Shown here: one piece after another, positions 58,976-64,000 of the stretch
How positions within the stretch are numbered: the first letter of the stretch is position 1
How the letters are laid out: every line of letters begins with the position of its first letter
Assembly: GCF_009914755.1 (NCBI RefSeq)
Contig: NC_060946.1
Reading direction: 5' to 3' (one strand)
From: the human T2T-CHM13v2.0 reference genome, Homo sapiens
DNA length: 64,000 nt
The notes under the pieces: generated by a model
Databases searched by the model: none
What the model saw: only the letters and a program-made list of their open reading frames with translations
Told to the model about the DNA's origin: nothing
Position numbers and translations under genes: made by a program

Positions 58976-60227
58976 GGGGTACTCATACATTGCTAGTACA
59001 AGTCTGAAAAAGACTAGAGCAATTCAGTGTGACATAACTACTAAAAACTACTGACCTGGAGAGAGATCCAGAGTACAACACTCACTCACTGGCTCATTCA
59101 TTCATTCATCCCACAATGAGCACCTACAACCTGCCATGCACTTTTTTCAATTATTTGTTATCAAAAGAGCTTAAATTCAGGGGTGTGTAAGCTCAAGAGA
59201 AGTGAAAATAACAAGTTGCTGAATAATGCCTACAATAGGTCCCTCTCTTTTTTTAAAACATGCATTTGTGAGGGTCAGGAGAAAGTTGTGGAAGGCTCTG
59301 CTACAACAAGCAGTCAACAGTTGATTACCACCTAGCTGTTTATACATCTTCTGTTTCTCTTGGCATGAGCACACAGTAACAAATCCAATAACCTATAACG
59401 CTGAGAAATCTAACAGAAAATATCAGTCTTCGTTTACACGCAACACAAGAAGAGCACAGGGCCCACACTGCGTTGGTGGCAGAGCCAAAAGTCCACCCTC
59501 ATCCTGCTGAATGACTGCAAAGCTGGGCTCTTCACTCCCAGATGACAGTGTTTCTCCTCACTCACATTCACCCACCCACACAGAGCAGAAAGCAGGAAGG
59601 TTTCCATGCCCGCACTGACGGTAAGTTGTGGGAGGCAGTCGGGCAACATTTCTGGAGTTCCTATGAATGATGTGCTATGCTTTTTGGCCTGCAGACGTTC
59701 AGGTGGACTCAGATCTGAGACATATTCAAAAGTATGTTTGCATCCTGGCCCTTGGTTTATGTATTTCCTCTTCCCTAGGGCATTCTACAAAGCATTTCCA
59801 AAAAGGCTGGTCCCTGCCCCTTAACTGGTTCCTCCTCCTGGCAACAGCATTCCAGCTGGGCTTTGGGAAATCTCCCTACTCCTTCAAAACAATTGTTTCT
59901 CCCCTGGCTTCTTTTCAGGTTTCCTATGAGTCTATGAGGTCACTCCACCCAATGTCTTCCAAGGAACTGATTATGCTCAGGTTAGCTGGTGACCTCAGAA
60001 CTCTGACCAGTATAATGAACTGTGACAGAAAGGAATGCATCCTGTTGACCAATCCCCCTGCAGTATAGCACAGACAACAGGGGTACTACAAAGCTCCATT
60101 GCCTAGGAGAAACAGCCAGCACCTGTACTGGCTGAGACATAGAAACTTCAAAAACAATTCAAATGTCCATACCACTGCCCAAGGCCCAATGATGGTTCAT
60201 CTGTTTGTGTTTTTATTTATAGATTTA

Positions 60228-60581
<354 letters not shown>

Positions 60582-61236
60582 TTAACTAAATATAAAAACA
60601 GTCAAAAAACAAAGAAAGAAGTAATTGGCCCAGGTCAGATACCTCCTTCTCTATGAATTCTCTGGCTCCTTCCTCCTGGGAGTATATGCTCTGTCTTAAG
60701 GCACCTGCCGCTTTCTAACTTGGGTTATAGTTATTTAAACACAGACATTGCCTCCTCTAGGCTGGGAGATTCCTGAGGACAAAATCCCTAAGTTATTAAT
60801 GGATTAACGGATCCCCCTTGCATCCTGACCACATGCTACAGACTGATATGTTGCCCAGTGTGCTGAAACACGTTTGTCTGCAAACCCCTGCTTATGCCAA
60901 CTGTACTTGTCATTGTAAATTTACATACACACATTTATTACACATACGCACATACATACAATACACATATAGTATAAATACACATACATGCTTAACTATA
61001 TAAACCTATGAAATAAGCGCATCATTGTTTCCATTAAAACTATTAAAACAAGTTTCTATTAAAACAAGTTGTTAATTAAAAAAAAAAGAAAGAAAGAAAC
61101 AATCTGCTAACTAAATTATAGGTATGGCAAAACAAGTATAGAGTATTGGGTGAAAATTTGTAAAATCTATAATTCCACATTCATGTTGCTTCTAAGTTCT
61201 CAATTGTCATTAAGAAAATTAATTAAATTAATTAAT

Positions 61237-61470
61237 GGCCACACACAGTAGCTCATGCCTATAATCCCAGCACTTTGAGAGGCCAAGGCATGAGGACTGC
61301 TTGAGCCCAAGAGTTCAAGAACAGCCTGAACAACATGGCAGGACCTTGTCTCTACTAAAAATCAAAAACACTAGCTTGTCATGGTCATTAGGAGGTCAAG
61401 GCTGCATGATCACACCACGACACTCCAGCCTGGGCGACAGAGAGAGACCCTCCCTCAAAAAAACAAACAA
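61237..61470 (+). mobile_element. AluJ-type SINE with internal deletion; its tail is the SVA target
   Basis: Diverged Alu ending CCCTCAAAAAAACAAACAA. Confidence 0.85.
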
Positions 61471-63895
61471 CCCTCTCCCTCTCCCTCTCCCCCTCCCCCT
61501 CCCCCTCTCCCTCTCCCTCCACGGTCTCCCTCTGATGCCGAGCCAAAGCTGGACGGTACTGCTGCCATCTCGGCTCACTGCAACCTCCCTGCCTGATTCT
61601 CCTGCCTCAGCCTGCCGAGTGCCTGCGATTGCAGGCGCGCGCCGCCACGCCTGACTGGTTTTCGTTTTTTTTTGGTGGAGACGGGGTTTCGCTGTGTTGG
61701 CCGGGCTGGTCTCCAGCTCCTAACCGCGAGTGATCCGCCAGCCTCGGCCTCCCGAGGTGCCGGGATTGCAGATGGAGTCTCGTTCACTCAGTGCTCAATG
61801 GTGCCCAGGCTGGAGTGCAGTGGCGTGATCTCGGCTCGCTACAACCACCTCCCAGCCGCCTGCCTTGGCCTCCCAAAGAGCCGAGATTGCAGCCTCTGCC
61901 CGGCCGCCACCCCGTCTGGGAAGTGAGGAGCGTCTCTGCTTGGCCACCCATCGTCTGGGATATGAGGAGCCCCTCTGCCTGGCTGCCCAGTCTGGAAAGT
62001 GAGGAGCGTCTCTGCCCGGCCGCCATCCCATCTAGGAAGCGAGGAGCGCCTCTTCCCCGCCGCCATCCCATCTAGGAAGTGAGGAACGTCTCTGCCCGGC
62101 CGCCCATCGTCTGAGATGTGGGGAGCACCTCTGCCCCACCGCCCTGTCTGGGATGTGAGGAGCGCCTCTGCTGGGCCGCAACCCTGTCTGGGAGGTGAGG
62201 AGCGTCTCTGCCCGGCCGCTCCGTCTGAGAAGTGAGGAAACCCTCTGCCTGGCAACCGCCCCGTCTGAGAAGTGAGGAGCCCCTCCGTCCGGCAACCACC
62301 CCGTCTGGGAAGTGAGGAGCGTCTCCGCCCGGCAGCCACCCCGTCCGGGAGGGAGGTGGGGGGGGTCAGCCCCCCGCCCGACCAGCCGCCCCGTCCGGGA
62401 GGTGAGGGGCGCCTCTGCCCGGCCGCCCCTACTGGGAAGTGAGGAGCCCCTCTGCCCGGCCAGCCGCCCCGTCCGGGAGGGAGGCGGCGGGGGGGGTCGG
62501 CCAGCCGCCCCGTCCGGGAGGGAGGTGGGGGGGTCAGCCCCCCGCCCGGCCGGCCGCCCCGTCCGGGAGGTGAGGGGCGCCTCTGCCCGGCTGCCCCTAC
62601 TGGGAAGTGAGGACCCCTCTGCCCGGCCAGCCGCCCCGTCCGGGAGGGAGGTGGGGGGGTCAGCCCCCCGCCCGGCCAGCCGCCCCGTCCGGGAGGTGAG
62701 GGGCTCCTCTGCCCGGCCGCCCCTACTGGGAAGTGAGGAGCCCCTCTGCCCGGCCAGTCGCCCCGTCCAGGAGGGAGGTGGGTGGGTCAGCCCCCCGCCC
62801 GGCCAGCCGCCCAGTCCGGGAGGGAGGTGGGGGGTCAGCCCCCCGCCCGGCCAGCCGCCCCGTCCGGGAGGGAGGTGGGGGGATCAGCCCCCCGCCTGGC
62901 CAGCCGCCCCGTCCGGGAGGTGAGGGGCGCCTCTGCCCGGCCGCCCCTACTGGGAAGTGAGGAGCCCCTCTGCCCGGCCAGCCGCCCCGTCCGGGAGGGA
63001 GGTGGGGGGGTCAGCCCCCCTTCCGGCCGGCCGCCCCGTCCGGGAGGTGAGGGGCGCCTCTGCCCGGCCGCCCCTACTGGGAAGTGAGGACCCCTCTGCC
63101 CGGCCAGCCGCCCCGTCCGGGAGGGAGGTGGGGGGACAGCCCCCCGCCCGGCCAGCCGCCCTATCCAGGAGGTGAGGGGCGCCTCTGCCCGGCCGCCCCT
63201 ACTGGGAAGTGAGGAGCCCCTCTGCCTGGCCAGCCGCCCCGTCCGGGAGGGTGGTGGGGGGGTCAGCCCCCCGCCCGGCCAGCCGCCCCATCCGGGAGGT
63301 GAGGGGCGCTTCTGCCCGGCCGCCCCTACTGGGAAGTGAGGAGCCCCTCTGCCCGGCCACGACCCCGTCTGGGAGGTGTGCCCAGCGGCTCATTGGGGAT
63401 GGGCCATGATGACAATGGCGGTTTTGTGGAATAGAAAGGCGGGAAGGGTGGGGAAAAAATTGAGAAATCGGATGGTTGCCGGGTCTGTGTGGATAGAAGT
63501 AGACATGGGAGACTTTTCATTTTGTTCTGTACTAAGAAAAATTCTTCTGCCTTGGGATCTGTTGATCTGTGACCTTATCCCCAACCCTGTGCTCTCTGAA
63601 ACATGTGCTGTGTCACTCAGGGTTAAATGGATTAAGGGCGGTGCAAGATGTGCTTTGTTAAACAGATGCTTGAAGGCAGCATGCTCGTTAAGAGTCATCA
63701 CCACTCCCTAATCTTAAGTACCCAGGGACACAAACACTGCGGAAGGCTGCAGGGTCCTCTGCCTAGGAAAACCAGAGACCTTTGTTCACTTGTTTATCTG
63801 CTGACCTTCCCTCCACTATTGTCCTATGACCCTGCCAAATCCCCCTCTGCGAGAAACACCAAAGAATGATCAATAAAAAAAAAAAAAAAAAAAAA
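61471..63895 (+). mobile_element. Full-length young SVA, probably SVA_E
   Basis: (CCCTCT)n hexamer, Alu-like region, ~1.5-kb CpG-rich VNTR, SINE-R with CCCAGCGGCTCATTGGGGATGG (recalled as E-type), AATAAA plus pure poly-A, TSD ~AAAAAAACAA(A)CAAC. Confidence 0.95.
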
Positions 63896-63904
63896 CAACA
63901 ACAA

Positions 63905-64000
63905 GGCTAGGAGCAGTGGCTCACACCTGTAATCCCAGCACTTGGGAGACTTAGGCAGGCAGATCACTTGAGGTCACGAGTTCAAGACCAGCGTGGCCAA
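63905..64000 (+). mobile_element. Alu 5' end, cut by the window edge
   Basis: GGCTAGGAGCAGTGGCTCACACCTGTAATCCCAGC. Confidence 0.9.

Noticed and set aside
59667-60068. 133-aa ATG-initiated ORF in unique sequence
   Set aside because: No recognisable family, weak start context, and a length within chance expectation.
61900-63370. Regularly repeated 35-50-bp units resembling a CRISPR-like array
   Set aside because: This is the SVA VNTR; there are no unique spacers or cas genes, and the context is primate.

Overview
Primate, almost certainly human, non-coding DNA. It carries about 30 Alus, old L1/L2/MIR fragments, MER2- and MER3-type MITEs, MaLR/ERVL solo LTRs and three SVA insertions, one with SVA_E-like human-specific diagnostics. 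I recognise no protein-coding gene, RNA gene or promoter CpG island, and the long ORFs are Alu, SVA or L1 artefacts. The window looks like the inside of a long intron of a minus-strand gene: the + strand appears A-rich by eye, all SVAs and LTRs lie on +, and most strong splice-site pairs lie on -. I could not identify the host gene, and I see no convincing new multi-gene system. The best leads are: (i) three independent, co-oriented SVA insertions within 22 kb; (ii) clustered A/G differences between the two full SVAs that resemble ADAR editing fixed by retrotransposition; (iii) a 31-nt minus-strand candidate exon directly downstream of UG repeats, the layout of TDP-43 cryptic exons; (iv) several more micro-exon candidates, a recursive-splice-like site and a U12-type branch site; (v) an old ~270-bp local duplication and several perfect palindromes. 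All exon calls are motif-based predictions made by eye, and repeat boundaries are approximate.
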